Both the position numbers and the translations under genes were made by a program. The notes under the pieces are model-generated. The model saw nothing but the letters and a program-made list of their open reading frames with translations. It made no database searches and was not told the DNA's origin. This document shows positions 38,838 to 49,811 of a stretch of DNA of 64,000 nt, one piece after another. Where the stretch lies: the NCBI GenBank assembly GCA_016929335.1, contig JAFGIY010000118.1, positions 34,494-98,493 on the forward strand, read 5' to 3'. This DNA is from Acidobacteriota bacterium. GTDB taxonomy: Bacteria; Acidobacteriota; UBA6911. Every line of letters begins with the position of its first letter. Within the stretch, counting starts at the first letter, position 1.

Positions 38838-39287
38838 CTATTTCTCCTTATCCTCGGATTGTCTGCTTTCCCAGTCTCTAATGGCAGCCTGAAGCGCCAT
38901 TACTCCAAGAAGCGAGCAGTGCTTTTTCCTTTCCGGAATTCCTCCAAGCGCTTCCACTACCTCATCGTCTGTGATGCGCCTGGCTTCGTCTATCGACTTC
39001 CCTTTTGCCAGATCGGTCAGCATGCTGCTTGTCGCAATGGCTCCGGGGCATCCGAACGATTTAAATGCAATTTTGTCGATATGGCCCGAGCGGACAGAAA
39101 TCCACAGCTTCATCTGATCACCACAGGACGGATCCCCAACCAAGCCATATCCATCGGTCTCATTCTCCGGCAACTCCCCTACATTGCGCGGATTCATGAA
39201 ATGATCGATGACAGCCTCGCTGTAGTAAAGGATCGGCCCGGAATATTCAGGCTGCATTTCATTTTCATCATCTGAAGACGTATCCAT
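38838..39287 (-). CDS. nifU: Fe-S scaffold (NifU N-terminal/IscU type)
   Basis: DHFMNPRNVG, GDPSCGD, FGC, KHCS. Confidence 0.9.
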   Translation of the reverse strand: MDTSSDDENEMQPEYSGPILYYSEAVIDHFMNPRNVGELPENETDGYGLVGDPSCGDQMKLWISVRSGHIDKIAFKSFGCPGAIATSSMLTDLAKGKSIDEARRITDDEVVEALGGIPERKKHCSLLGVMALQAAIRDWESRQSEDKEK

Positions 39288-39335
39288 TAAGCGACCCCCC
39301 AACCGGTTTCTGCGAACTTAACAACGGCACATCAG

Positions 39336-39350
39336 GCAATCTATATACCA
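39336..39350 (-). promoter_or_regulatory. sigma54 promoter of nifU-nifS
   Basis: Minus strand TGGTAT-ATAGA-TTGC; ATGCAATATGCAC box at 39416-39428. Confidence 0.65.
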
Positions 39351-39517
39351 TAATGCTCAGAATCCAGAACATTTTGAGAACAAGGCAAATCGGGAGGATA
39401 ACACAACCAGGAGCTATGCAATATGCACGATTCCATGCGGCAAATTCATACGGGGTGGGAGAAGCAAAGTCCCGCTCCTGATAAGCCTGATGGTGGATCT
39501 TCGCTATACTCCTTAAT

Positions 39518-39964
39518 CTATATCAAATCACGGTTTATATACTTTGCAAAGCCTCGTACCAATACCTTCCCATATTGTTCCAGTTCCGCCTCCAACACAT
39601 AAAGCGGCGGCTCATATTCCCGGATCCAGGCTCTAACCGTTGCGGACTTATCGGTTTCGACGGGAAAGAGGAAACGCACAATCAGCCTGGCCGTCACCGC
39701 AACAATCCGATGAGCGAAAAGGCAGTTGGCCATCGCCGAATCCAGCAGTAAAGAGCTTATACCTCCATGAAGATAGCCCGGATAGCCTTGATATAGCGGA
39801 CTGCAATTGAACTCAGCCTGAACTCCACCGTCATCCCGAACGGAAAATTTTAGCCCGAGCCCGGATCCATTTTCCATACTGCAACCGATACAGGCCGGAT
39901 GTTCCTGTTGTCTTATGTTTTCCAGCAGCTGCTGTGTAGGATCGGTCATTAAAATCGGCTCCAT
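39518..39964 (-). CDS. PaaI family hotdog thioesterase
   Basis: CIGC..N..GLGLKF, QGYPGYLHGG, LLD. Confidence 0.88.
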   Translation of the reverse strand: MEPILMTDPTQQLLENIRQQEHPACIGCSMENGSGLGLKFSVRDDGGVQAEFNCSPLYQGYPGYLHGGISSLLLDSAMANCLFAHRIVAVTARLIVRFLFPVETDKSATVRAWIREYEPPLYVLEAELEQYGKVLVRGFAKYINRDLI

Positions 39965-40024
39965 CGGCTTTGTCCGGACTTCCTCAGCATTAATAAACCC
40001 GGTTTGCCGCCGCCTGCCATGTTT

Positions 40025-40399
40025 TTAGTGCCCGCATTGACCGCCGTGTTCTTTGCAGGAATCATCCATGGACAATTCCTGGAGACTGTTTTCTCCCAGC
40101 AATGCCATATTCTCACTCACGGTCGGAGCACCCGCCCTGTAGACCTTCACACCCATTGCATTTAACTTCATAATTGCTCCGGGTCCGATTCCGCCCACAA
40201 CCAGTGCATCAAGACTGTTTCCTCCAAGAGTCGCAATCGGATTGCATACGCCGTGTTCACGATGGGCGTTTGAATTATCTACTGCCGAAATCTGATTCAG
40301 CTCCGTATCGACGATAACAAATGCGGGAGCCGAGCCAAAATGACCGTATACAGTGCTTTGTAATCCCTCATTAAACTGAACCGCAAATCCAACCTTCAT
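40025..40399 (-). CDS. NifB/NifX family protein
   Basis: VYGHFGSAPAF, HGVC, GGIG, C..HGGQCGH tail; AAGGAG SD. Confidence 0.88.
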   Translation of the reverse strand: MKVGFAVQFNEGLQSTVYGHFGSAPAFVIVDTELNQISAVDNSNAHREHGVCNPIATLGGNSLDALVVGGIGPGAIMKLNAMGVKVYRAGAPTVSENMALLGENSLQELSMDDSCKEHGGQCGH

Positions 40400-40473
40400 C
40401 TTTTTCTCCTTTGATTTTCAGGAGGGTATCTCACGCTATGGAGACAGCCTCCTGCCATTTATGCGCTTCTTAT

Positions 40474-40488
40474 GCAATTATTTGGCCC
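40474..40488 (-). promoter_or_regulatory. Weak candidate sigma54 promoter of NifX-PaaI
   Basis: Minus strand GGGCCA-AATAA-TTGC (GG-N10-GC). Confidence 0.35.
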
Positions 40489-40648
40489 TAGTACCGGGAT
40501 ATAAGGCTCACGTGCCCCGGGGCATCGTGTTTCTGTTATCATAATATCCTCAGGGGTACAATCATTGCGTTGCTCAATCAGTCCATTCTGACAGCAAAAG
40601 CCCCGAATAAAGGGATTATCATACCATAGCGTACGGAGGATTCGTTTT

Positions 40649-41395
40649 ATGTTGGTTGATGAAATTGTAGAACAAGGTCTTGCGATGGCGGATCCGCATA
40701 TCGCCGTGGATATTCGAATCGGCCTTGGTTATACGGCGGTGCGTCTGGAGAACGGGCGTTGCGGATTAGGTTATACGCTGCATGAAAAAGAATATGAATC
40801 CTGTTGCGTAATGCCGGATGCAGGCAGCCTGGCCGGACGAAAGGCGTCGGAGCTTATAGCGTGGATGAAATCTCCGGATGTAACCGCATGTGCTGTCGCA
40901 TTGGCAACTCTCAACGCCTTGATTACAGCCCCTTCCGCGGCTGCTGCTTCGGATATTCTCGACCTGATACCCATCGGGCCGGAAGATGCGGTTGGAATGA
41001 TCGGCTATTTCGGACCGCTGGTAGAGCCAATAAAAAAGAAAGCCCGCGCACTGCACATCTTCGAACGCAAGCCGGAACCCGAATATCAAATACTGCCCGA
41101 ATCAGCGACAAAGGATCTTCTTCCCCAATGCCAGGTTGTTATAGTGACTGCGACCTCGCTCCTGAACCATACCATTGACGGGCTTCTTGATTTGTCCAGG
41201 GAAGCCCGGGAAGTCGCAATTCTGGGACCTTCCACTCCCTTCCTTCCGGAAATTTTCAAACGCCATGGAGTAACAGTGCTTTCCGGCGTGCAGGTCGAAG
41301 ATCCGGCAAAAGTACTTCAAATTGTCAGTGAAGCGGGAGGCACGCGCCAGTTCCTCCGGGCAACCCGCAAGTTGTCCCTGCGTTGTACAGCCTGA
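40649..41395 (+). CDS. DUF364 (putative heavy-metal chelation, Rossmann-like) protein
   Basis: IGLGYTAV, ATLNA, VGMIGYF.P, SLLNHT, LGPSTP. Confidence 0.85.
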   Translation: MLVDEIVEQGLAMADPHIAVDIRIGLGYTAVRLENGRCGLGYTLHEKEYESCCVMPDAGSLAGRKASELIAWMKSPDVTACAVALATLNALITAPSAAAASDILDLIPIGPEDAVGMIGYFGPLVEPIKKKARALHIFERKPEPEYQILPESATKDLLPQCQVVIVTATSLLNHTIDGLLDLSREAREVAILGPSTPFLPEIFKRHGVTVLSGVQVEDPAKVLQIVSEAGGTRQFLRATRKLSLRCTA

Positions 41396-41460
41396 CAATA
41401 ATTCTTCCAATGAAAGCGCACGCTATTTCATGTTATCTCTCTCCTGCTTTTTGAAATTTT

Positions 41461-41504
41461 TTGCAGAATGCAATAATTTTGGAAATATTCGGTGCATAAT
41501 GCAA
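41461..41504. promoter_or_regulatory. Pair of TGCA-N3-TGCA boxes upstream of the second activator
   Basis: TTGCAGAATGCAA (41461) and GTGCATAATGCAA (41492), 31 bp apart. Confidence 0.6.
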
Positions 41505-41527
41505 TAATCCGTTAGGAGAAGATTATA

Positions 41528-42919
41528 GTGAAAGAACTGGATGGACGAGAAAAAACAATTCTGGACTCGATTAACGAAGGCGTCTTCACTGTGGATTTGG
41601 AATGGCGGATCACGGCTTTCAACCGCGCCGCCGAGCATATCACGCAGGTCAGCCGGCGCGAAGCTCTCGGGCAACAGTGCTGTGATGTTTTCCGGGCAAG
41701 CATCTGTGAAAATGCCTGTGCGCTGAGGCGAACCATGTCCAGCGGCAAGCCGATTCTCAATGCTACTGCCCATATCATAAGCAGGAGCGGAGAACGTATC
41801 CCAATCCGCATATCAACCGCGCTGCTGAAAGACGATAAAGGACACATTATTGGAGGAGTCGAAACGTTTCGGGATTTAAGCTCAATTGAACAGCTTCAGA
41901 AGGAACTGAAGGCCCGATACACATTTGAAGACATCGTTGGCCACAGTGCGGCGATGATCAAGCTTTTTGAAATTCTGCCGCAGATCGCCGACAGTTCCAG
42001 CACCGTCCTGATCGAAGGTCCCAGCGGCACGGGCAAGGAACTTTTCGCACGAGCCATTCACAGCCTCTCTCCGCGAAAGAAAAAGCCTTTTATTGCAATC
42101 AATTGCGCGGCGCTACCCGACACTCTGCTGGAAAGCGAACTGTTCGGGCATAAGGCAGGCGCATTCACAGATGCCAGGCGCGACAAGCCGGGGCGGTTTG
42201 CTCTTGCAAACGGGGGAACCTTGTTTCTGGACGAAATCGGAGATATCTCTCCGGCAATGCAGATACGGCTTTTGCGCGTGCTTCAGGAACGGATGATTGA
42301 ACCTTTGGGATCCGTGGAGCCAACCAGGGTGGATGTCCGCATTGTAACGGCCACTAATCGCGATTTGGCGCAGCTGGTACAGGAGGGACGTTTTCGTGAA
42401 GACTTGTATTACCGCATCCGCGTCATCTGCATGCGCCTGCCCAGCCTTAGCCAGCGCAGAGAAGATATCCCTCTGCTTGTGGAGCATCTTGTGGCGAAGC
42501 TTAATCGAATCCAGGGGAAGGAAATTGAAGGCGTATCCGAAGAGGTTATGGCGCAGCTGATGGAATATGAATACCCCGGAAATGTCCGTGAACTGGAAAA
42601 CATTATCGAACAGGCGTTTGTCTTGTGCCGTGGCCCGATCATTGAGCTGCACCACCTCCCGGCCGAACTCCGGCCTTCCGATCCGGCCAGCTATCACGGA
42701 ACTAATCCAATGTCATTGGAAGCTATGGAAAAGCTCCTGATAAGCGAGGCTCTTCGACGCCATAAAGGCAGCCGGAGCAAAGCGGCCAAACAGCTGGGAA
42801 TCAATCCAAGCACCCTGTACCGCAAACTGAAAGCCTTGAATATTGATTTCAGGAAAGAGAGTATTCCGGCACGCGCAAGATCGCTGGGCAGAATTATTGC
42901 AAAAAACAGCACTGCCTGA
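41528..42919 (+). CDS. PAS-domain sigma54-dependent activator (OrpR-like paralog)
   Basis: C-x8-C-x3-C PAS; [28 protein letters not shown]; Fis HTH. Confidence 0.93.
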   Translation: MKELDGREKTILDSINEGVFTVDLEWRITAFNRAAEHITQVSRREALGQQCCDVFRASICENACALRRTMSSGKPILNATAHIISRSGERIPIRISTALLKDDKGHIIGGVETFRDLSSIEQLQKELKARYTFEDIVGHSAAMIKLFEILPQIADSSSTVLIEGPSGTGKELFARAIHSLSPRKKKPFIAINCAALPDTLLESELFGHKAGAFTDARRDKPGRFALANGGTLFLDEIGDISPAMQIRLLRVLQERMIEPLGSVEPTRVDVRIVTATNRDLAQLVQEGRFREDLYYRIRVICMRLPSLSQRREDIPLLVEHLVAKLNRIQGKEIEGVSEEVMAQLMEYEYPGNVRELENIIEQAFVLCRGPIIELHHLPAELRPSDPASYHGTNPMSLEAMEKLLISEALRRHKGSRSKAAKQLGINPSTLYRKLKALNIDFRKESIPARARSLGRIIAKNSTA

Positions 42920-43120
42920 GACTTTCTCCGATGTTCTTGTCATTCTGAAAGAGCCGGGGACAAGACATGTCAGACGGGGATATGGGCATCTAAGAAGAGA
43001 CAGCGGCAGCAGCGGGTAACTCCCGGAAATAGCCCCTGATTTGAAGCCCGCAATGAGGCATTTTGTCAAAATACTGTCATGCGGAATACTGATCCATCCA
43101 CACGAATGAAAGAGCATAGC

Positions 43121-43672
43121 ATGAAGATTCTGAAGAAGTATCGCGGTCTTTCGAAACAGCAGTTATTGGAGAAAGCCTACGACCTTGGCGTCCTCTTTGA
43201 AAAATACTCAGGAAGTTGTTCTCAATGTACGGTAGCCGCCCTGAGAGAAATCCTCGGCTTTGAAGAGGCGATTGTCCAGGTTGCATCCTCTTCGTGCGGA
43301 GGCCAGGCCGGGCTTTCTGCGGGGACCTGCGGTGGAATTATCGGGGGTACTATTGTCCTGGATTACTATTTTGGCCGCTCCGCAAGCATGCTTTCGTCAA
43401 CAAAAGAAATCCCTGAGGGTGCGGCAGAATTATCCCAGGCAATGGAAGCAGCCAGATTGCTGTGCGATAAATTTATTCAGCAATATGGCTCAATACTCTG
43501 CCCCCGGCTCCAGGAAAAAATTTATGGCAGATCCTTTAATCTTCAGGATCCGAACGACTGGCAGGCGTTCATGGATGCCGGCGCCCATTCTGATCCGACG
43601 AAATGCATGAGCGTTGTGGGAAACGCTTCACGGTGGACATTGGAAATTCTTATCGAAAAGTTTCATCGCTGA
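43121..43672 (+). CDS. C-GCAxxG-C-C family putative redox protein
   Basis: SCSQC, CGG, GTCGG, ILC, KC. Confidence 0.85.
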   Translation: MKILKKYRGLSKQQLLEKAYDLGVLFEKYSGSCSQCTVAALREILGFEEAIVQVASSSCGGQAGLSAGTCGGIIGGTIVLDYYFGRSASMLSSTKEIPEGAAELSQAMEAARLLCDKFIQQYGSILCPRLQEKIYGRSFNLQDPNDWQAFMDAGAHSDPTKCMSVVGNASRWTLEILIEKFHR

Positions 43673-43698
43673 ACCGTGAAACAGAGTGAATAGAACCT

Positions 43699-44595
43699 TT
43701 ACTCCAGCAGCTCATTTCGAAGCTTGTCTATCATTTCATCAGAAATTCCGAGCCCTTTTCGAAGATAAGATTCCATTGAACCGTATTTGCCGATTACCGC
43801 ATCATGGGCAGCATCAAGGTATTCCGGCTTGACTTGGTACATAGCCTTGTAGGCTGTCATATCCACCTGTTCAGGAGGAATACCCTGCTTTTTGGCAAGG
43901 CCTTCCCGCATGCTTTTCAGCTCTCTCTCATTTTCTTCCCGGCGGTAATAGTTGGAAAGGAGATAATCATCCCGTACCGTATCCCAGGGGACTCCAAGCA
44001 ATGTCAATACGACGGCGGCTCCAATACCGGCCCGGTCTTTCCCGGCAGTGCAATGAAAAACCAACGGCCGGGTGTCAGGCTCAGCCAACGTTCGAATCAA
44101 GGCAGAATACACATCTGTACGATAAAGCATTATCGATCGAGTCGCCCGAAGCATGAAATCGGGACGGCCGACAGATGCACCGGGGGGGGAGGCTTCTTCC
44201 TCCTCTTTGGGAAGCTTGGTCGAATCTATTGGGAGACTCACACCGCGAGCTCCTTCCGGCAGCCGGTCCTTTCCGCGAGTCTCGGCTTCGGAAGCCCCCC
44301 GCAGATCAATGACGGTGCGAATTTTCAGCTCTTTCAGCTTTGCCAAATCCGCATCGGAAAGGTTGTTGAGCTGGCCTGCACGAAATATCTGGCCCCACTT
44401 CACTCTGCGGCCATCGGTCGCTCTGTAGCCTCCCAAGTCGCGGAAATTGGGTTGGCCATCAAGCTTTATATGCCGATCCCGTTCATCAGCTCCGTGTTTC
44501 TGTTTTACTGCCTGACCCGATTGGAAACCAAAGAGCGGGCTGCTTATTGAAAACAAAAACAGCAGGGTAAAAAGCCGTGTTTGCATTATGCCCAT
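43699..44595 (-). CDS. Secreted tyrosine-phosphatase-family protein (Y_phosphatase3 type)
   Basis: NFRDLGG, IDLR, HCTAGKDR, DYLLSN; signal peptide. Confidence 0.9.
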   Translation of the reverse strand: MGIMQTRLFTLLFLFSISSPLFGFQSGQAVKQKHGADERDRHIKLDGQPNFRDLGGYRATDGRRVKWGQIFRAGQLNNLSDADLAKLKELKIRTVIDLRGASEAETRGKDRLPEGARGVSLPIDSTKLPKEEEEASPPGASVGRPDFMLRATRSIMLYRTDVYSALIRTLAEPDTRPLVFHCTAGKDRAGIGAAVVLTLLGVPWDTVRDDYLLSNYYRREENERELKSMREGLAKKQGIPPEQVDMTAYKAMYQVKPEYLDAAHDAVIGKYGSMESYLRKGLGISDEMIDKLRNELLE

Positions 44596-45027
44596 TTTTT
44601 CTCCTTAAACCTAACCGGAAACCTTTCATTACACATTATGTGTTATTTCGCAACAAGTCACTCTCCATTCTGTGCAAGCCGGATGAAGCCGCTTCGCAGG
44701 CGATGCCGTTCAGACATATTGCGATAGTCCGGACAGGAATGCTTGGCTGAACGCGGTCTTGTTCACTATAAATGATAAAAGTGCGGAGACCGAAACACGG
44801 AATTGCTGCCGACTTTGAAGCAGGCACAGGCGCAGCCTAAAAATACAGGAGCGATGACTGAATGTCTAAAAATGCTATTGGGGCGGCGGCCGGATGCGAG
44901 ACTGCTGCGCAATCGAATCTCCTGAAGCTCTTCAGCAGATTCCAAATTGCCTGGATCCTCCCTCCAAACCGCCGCCTCTTCCACCTGCGGCTCTGGGAAT
45001 GCATTTACTTGGGGAAATAATTTGGGA

Positions 45028-45735
45028 TTATTTCCCGCCCAGACGAAATACTATGCCGAAACTGAGCTTAATATTATGCACTTTAAAATTATCACCCGAA
45101 TCCGAATGGCTCCCCATCAGATAATCAAACTGGATCGGGCGTATGGCAATAGTATCACTGACATTGACATCCAGTCCGCCGCCTGCAATCAAGCCAAATC
45201 CGGAATCCTCGATAGCCCCTATGCCCGTTTCATCAGTAAATTCGCCGGTAAAATCCTCGCCGTCGATTTTGAGAGACGGAGTCATCTTGACACGGTTTAT
45301 TCCAAACAGAATATGGGCAAACGGAGTTATTCTTTCAACCTTTCTATAGGCGAATTTAGGACCTGCCATAAAGGAAAAATCGCTGGCATCAATATTTGCA
45401 TCGTAGTCATATCCTACCGGGTCGCCAGGGTATTGTTCCACGTTGCCCTTGAATTTCATGATGTCATTGGAGTTGTATTGGAAAGCAGCCTCGATTCCAA
45501 AGTAGTGGTTGACATTGTAGGTGAAAGACGCATCAAAGCCCTTTTTGAAGAGCTTGGAAGTTTCAACACCCAGAGGGGTATCCAGCGTAGCTTCATCCAA
45601 CAAATCATTGATATCGCCGCCGCCAATTCTCGTTAATGAATATCCGCCGAATATCTCTACCTTTGGAAAATCCTGAGCTCCTACGAATCCGGCAACCAGC
45701 AAAATCGAAATTACTGCCAAAAGAACTCGCTGCAT
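45028..45735 (-). CDS. Outer-membrane beta-barrel protein
   Basis: Signal peptide, VEIFGGYS, GGGLD, C-terminal LSFGIVFRLG. Confidence 0.85.
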   Translation of the reverse strand: MQRVLLAVISILLVAGFVGAQDFPKVEIFGGYSLTRIGGGDINDLLDEATLDTPLGVETSKLFKKGFDASFTYNVNHYFGIEAAFQYNSNDIMKFKGNVEQYPGDPVGYDYDANIDASDFSFMAGPKFAYRKVERITPFAHILFGINRVKMTPSLKIDGEDFTGEFTDETGIGAIEDSGFGLIAGGGLDVNVSDTIAIRPIQFDYLMGSHSDSGDNFKVHNIKLSFGIVFRLGGK

Positions 45736-46352
45736 AAGGTTTTTTCTCCTTTTCTTATGTCCTGAATTTGCGAAAAATCACGCTCCTCGCCATTAGCGGG
45801 CAATAGCAAGGATTGATGCCGCAAATTACTCATCATCACTAAATAACAGCAACCGGAGATGGATACTATATTTTACGTCGAATGGCAAACGCTCATACAA
45901 GCCGATACTGTATATCAAATTCCTGAAAAATGGGATGAGAATATGATTTCATGCGCGCATTATTGTCGAACCGAGAATTGGAATCATTCAGCAAAGTATC
46001 CTTCCTGCCGATTGCATTGGATCGATCTTCTCTCCGAAATCCTTCGTTGATGAAAAGCAAACCGTACGGGAAATGTCATTCTTCGAACCAAAAGAAAATA
46101 ATTCTTTAAAATCATCTCTTTTTTGATCTCTTTCCCGAACTAATGATATAAGATTAGATCATTAGGAAGGTGTTTGGCTTTTGTTCCTGCTTCAGCATTT
46201 TGCAGCATTATTTCGATGCGAGGATCGTGCAAGATTGACGATCAGAGCTCAGGTTTATTTTGGCATGTACTCAATTTCCGAACATGAAGGTCTGGCTTCC
46301 ACAATGTTTCGTTATCAAATGGCTGCAAATCATTTTTAAAGGAGATTTGACG

Positions 46353-48362
46353 ATGGTGATGATGCAAGGAAGAAGGAGAGCGATAACCCGATTGCTGTTG
46401 TGCGTTTTGGTTCTGCTGATGGCATTCGGGACTTTTGCTTTTGCTCAAGGGAAACGATATCACAGTTCATCAGCATGGTCCTTCGGCCTGATGGCGGACA
46501 CTCAATGGACTGTGAGTGATGACCCTGAAGGCGTGAACCCCGAATATGTCAGTGCAGCTCTTGCCGGCGTGATCCAGGAAAAGCTCATCGATCATAATGT
46601 CAAGTTCGTCATACAGGTAGGAGATTTGACGGACAGAGCAGGCGATGCCGGGATGGAAACCCGTAACACGGTAGCGCAGCCTCTCTATGATGCGGGGATG
46701 GGATACTTCACCCTCCGCGGCAACCATGAAACATACGGGTATCTTTATAGCCGAGACCCTGAATGGAATGTAAACGTTCCGGGTTATATTGCAGCGTTTC
46801 CACAAACTCAGGGACTGATACATACCTTTGGCGCGACAAATTTCAGCAAACCCAGTGATATCATGACGGGAGTGGATATCCTGGATGGCCTGAGCTATTC
46901 ATTCGATTACGGCACTCAGGGCAACAACGCCAGGTTTGTCATCGTCGATGTTGAGGCTACGAGTTTTATACACAGTGTGGTGGATGAAGATTCCGCATAC
47001 AATCCGGCATATGGTGAAGGGTGGTACTATCTGGGCTGGATTGTTTATCGCGCTACAGCCACTGTGCCGGGTGGATCAATCCCGGATGGGGCATGGTTTC
47101 GTATAGCCAGCAACGGAAGGCCATCTACCAATTTTTATGGCTTTGATCAGACTTGGCCATTCGACGAGTGGATTAAAAAAGATAAATACGATATTGCCAA
47201 TACCGAATTCTGGCCGGGAATGCAGCAGGAATGGATCGACGATCGGCTGGATGTAAACACCCGCGGTACAGAGCATGCGTTTGTATTGTCCCATAGAGGG
47301 CTGATGGGAGCGAACCATGCGGATGGATTTTTCGGCAGCAGTCCCGCTTCGAAAGCGGCCACCCAGGATGTATTCTATGCCAGTCTGGCTGCGAACGGCG
47401 TAAGATACATGCTCTCCGGTCATGACCATCTCCACAATCGCGCCATTGTTGCCAGCCCGGATGGTGAGAACCAGGTTCAGCAGATAATTCACATGGCAGG
47501 AAGCACAAAATTCTACGGCCCTGCCAGCCTGGATGGCTTCAGCAATACAAAAGGTCGCGAGACCCAGCTATCTCAGGAACTCTATAAGGTCGGCTACTAC
47601 GTTTATACCATCGACGGCCCCCGCGTGAGCGTTGATTACTATTCGGATACCGGCCCCGGTTTTCAGGATATGGAAGACTATCCTTACGGAGATGATTCCG
47701 TACCTGAACGTCTTTACCTGCCTGAGATTACTTTTGCAAAGAAAGAATCCTATGGTTACAGCACAAACGGACAGCAATTCCTGATTGCACAAGGCGCTGC
47801 CTATACCGCTGTACAAGACAGCTTTGGATCAACGACCGCAAGGATTCTTTCCGGTACAAATAACAGCACTGCAATGGACCAGACGCCCACGGTAATCGAT
47901 GACAATGACACACCGGATGATCCCGAAGACGACATAATCCTGAGCGCTCCCCGTCCGTTTACCAAGGCTGTTAATACCGGTTGGGTATCGAATCCCGATC
48001 CTTACACCTTTAAGAGCGACATCGTCTCTCTGTGGGGCATGTCGGATTTGGGATCGTCAGGACAGACCGATACCTATGTGCTTTCCATATCGTTTGATAT
48101 GTCGAAAGATCTCTATCTCAAGGGCGGAGCAGTCGGGATTGCTGCGTTGAATGCCAGTAACAATTGGGTCAATGCGGTAGATCTGAATTTCGGCGGCACG
48201 AAGAATTTCGTACTCGGCCCGTACCAGTCAACCTATACGCTTGGCACTTACGGAATTGACTATACCACAAGGACTGCATGGGCGGTTGTCAACTACGACG
48301 CCGACTTTGTGGTTATGAATGGCCTTGACGGTGTAGTCCGCCGTGTTTGGAGAATGCGTTAA
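46353..48362 (+). CDS. Secreted calcineurin-like metallophosphoesterase
   Basis: ADTQ, GDLTD, GNHE, SH, SGHDH; AAGGAG SD; signal peptide. Confidence 0.88.
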   Translation: MVMMQGRRRAITRLLLCVLVLLMAFGTFAFAQGKRYHSSSAWSFGLMADTQWTVSDDPEGVNPEYVSAALAGVIQEKLIDHNVKFVIQVGDLTDRAGDAGMETRNTVAQPLYDAGMGYFTLRGNHETYGYLYSRDPEWNVNVPGYIAAFPQTQGLIHTFGATNFSKPSDIMTGVDILDGLSYSFDYGTQGNNARFVIVDVEATSFIHSVVDEDSAYNPAYGEGWYYLGWIVYRATATVPGGSIPDGAWFRIASNGRPSTNFYGFDQTWPFDEWIKKDKYDIANTEFWPGMQQEWIDDRLDVNTRGTEHAFVLSHRGLMGANHADGFFGSSPASKAATQDVFYASLAANGVRYMLSGHDHLHNRAIVASPDGENQVQQIIHMAGSTKFYGPASLDGFSNTKGRETQLSQELYKVGYYVYTIDGPRVSVDYYSDTGPGFQDMEDYPYGDDSVPERLYLPEITFAKKESYGYSTNGQQFLIAQGAAYTAVQDSFGSTTARILSGTNNSTAMDQTPTVIDDNDTPDDPEDDIILSAPRPFTKAVNTGWVSNPDPYTFKSDIVSLWGMSDLGSSGQTDTYVLSISFDMSKDLYLKGGAVGIAALNASNNWVNAVDLNFGGTKNFVLGPYQSTYTLGTYGIDYTTRTAWAVVNYDADFVVMNGLDGVVRRVWRMR

Positions 48363-48449
48363 ACGTACTGTCTATGGAGTCTGTTTAAGATTTAATCTTT
48401 CAGCAGACTCTACGGGGGTTGAACAGATACCCTCCATTCAGCATGATGC

Positions 48450-48487
48450 AAAAAAGCCGTGGCCTATTTCGGGCCACGGCTTTTTTT
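48450..48487. terminator. Bidirectional intrinsic terminator
   Basis: AAAAAAGCCGTGGCC-loop-GGCCACGGCTTTTTTT. Confidence 0.85.
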
Positions 48488-48671
48488 GTGGCTGGATGTC
48501 TGAAGACTATCCGGAACCTCCGGCAAAGCCGAGGCTTGATAAATGAACCGATTAAAGCGGTCGGCACTGCATTCCTAAAGAAATCTGACACAGGGATCTT
48601 TTCTTAGAGCCTCGGAGTCTTTGAGTTGAATCAACTCTAAGACTCCAAGCCGCTAAGTCTCCGCGAACGGA

Positions 48672-49301
48672 CTAATCGAAAATTGTGGGGCAGTCGGGAT
48701 TTTTAAGTGATGCGAAGATATCTCCGATGTGGCGCGCGGTGGTGCGTTCGCCGGAAAAAACCGCAGGGATTTCATCCCGGGCGAAAAATCTCACTTCTGT
48801 AGTCTCGTTGCTTGGGCGGGCTTCGCCGTCCAGAATTCTGCATTGAAACACAATCTTGAAAGCGTGAAAAATTTCGAGCGGATTTCTTCGGTTGGCGTCA
48901 TAGACGCCGATGACTTTATATGCCTTCACATGGAAGCCGGCTTCTTCCCAGGTTTCGCGCTCCGCCGCTTTGGATGGCGTGTCGCCGACATCCACCCAAC
49001 CTCCCGGCAGTGTCCATCCACCATCAATTCCTTCACGTACCAGAAGCAGCTTGTGATCCGAAAACACGGCAGCCCGCACATCAATCTTGGGTGTCGCATA
49101 GCCGGTCTGGGAATTGAAGGCTTCCGCCAGAGGCAAGAAGTCAATACCGATATTTTCGCTGATCATCTCCGCCGCTATTTCCGTCAGCCGCCGGCAGCGG
49201 TCCCGCTGATAATCATCCTGGGCATAATGATGCCCGGTTTGAGCCAGCGCCTGTATTTCGCGCGCCCATTCAAGAAATCGCGGCAGTCTTGTATCGCTCA
49301 T
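48672..49301 (-). CDS. NUDIX hydrolase with Nudix_N domain (YjhB-like)
   Basis: IQALAQTG, GYATPKIDVR, LPGGW...ERETWEEAG. Confidence 0.92.
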   Translation of the reverse strand: MSDTRLPRFLEWAREIQALAQTGHHYAQDDYQRDRCRRLTEIAAEMISENIGIDFLPLAEAFNSQTGYATPKIDVRAAVFSDHKLLLVREGIDGGWTLPGGWVDVGDTPSKAAERETWEEAGFHVKAYKVIGVYDANRRNPLEIFHAFKIVFQCRILDGEARPSNETTEVRFFARDEIPAVFSGERTTARHIGDIFASLKNPDCPTIFD

Positions 49302-49811
49302 TCATCTTATCCCTATAAAGCCGCTATCGATATCAGCTTCCAATATTCTTTCCAGCTGAAAAACCGGCAGCAATGCCGTTACGGACCGTGCTCTCATTTA
49401 TCGCCAAATCCTTATTAAAAAGCTATGCTTTTTTTAAATATCAGATCAGGATACCCGATGGTCCGCCGCTTGGACCAAACCACTGCGATGGGCAACATAC
49501 ACATCCGGCCATGCTCGACCTGAAGAGGACGAAATACATCCATTAAAACAGGGACCGGAGCCGTAACACTTCGAAATCGAGAGGAGTATTAAATACCCGT
49601 CAATAAGTGAAAGCGCAGACATACGTGGTTTCAGACCATTCCATCTCAAACTGAAGAGAATGACTGGTGCGAAAGATCAGCTCCGGATTGTACTGACTTT
49701 GATCTTTGCATGGATTGTCCCGTCAACTGATGAGAACGGGATTTGGAAAAGGCTCGATAGAAACGCGCATTTAATGCCGTGAACCATCGGTCATAAAAAG
49801 GAGAGACTACA

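Noticed and set aside
25612-40399. Nitrogen fixation cluster suggested by NifX/NifU/NifS names
   Set aside because: No nifHDK or nifEN in the window; the context fits Orp-type Fe-S genes.
44636-45010. Short ORFs between the phosphatase and barrel genes
   Set aside because: No SD, motif or coherent coding signal.
45806-45821. sigma54-like site upstream of the beta-barrel gene
   Set aside because: GG to GC spacing is 11 rather than the required 10.
48600-48660. GGAGTCTT...AAGACTCC hairpin (similar sequence near 54475) and small hairpins at 6931-6970 and 15225-15245
   Set aside because: Probably terminators or degenerate intergenic repeats; too short to support more.
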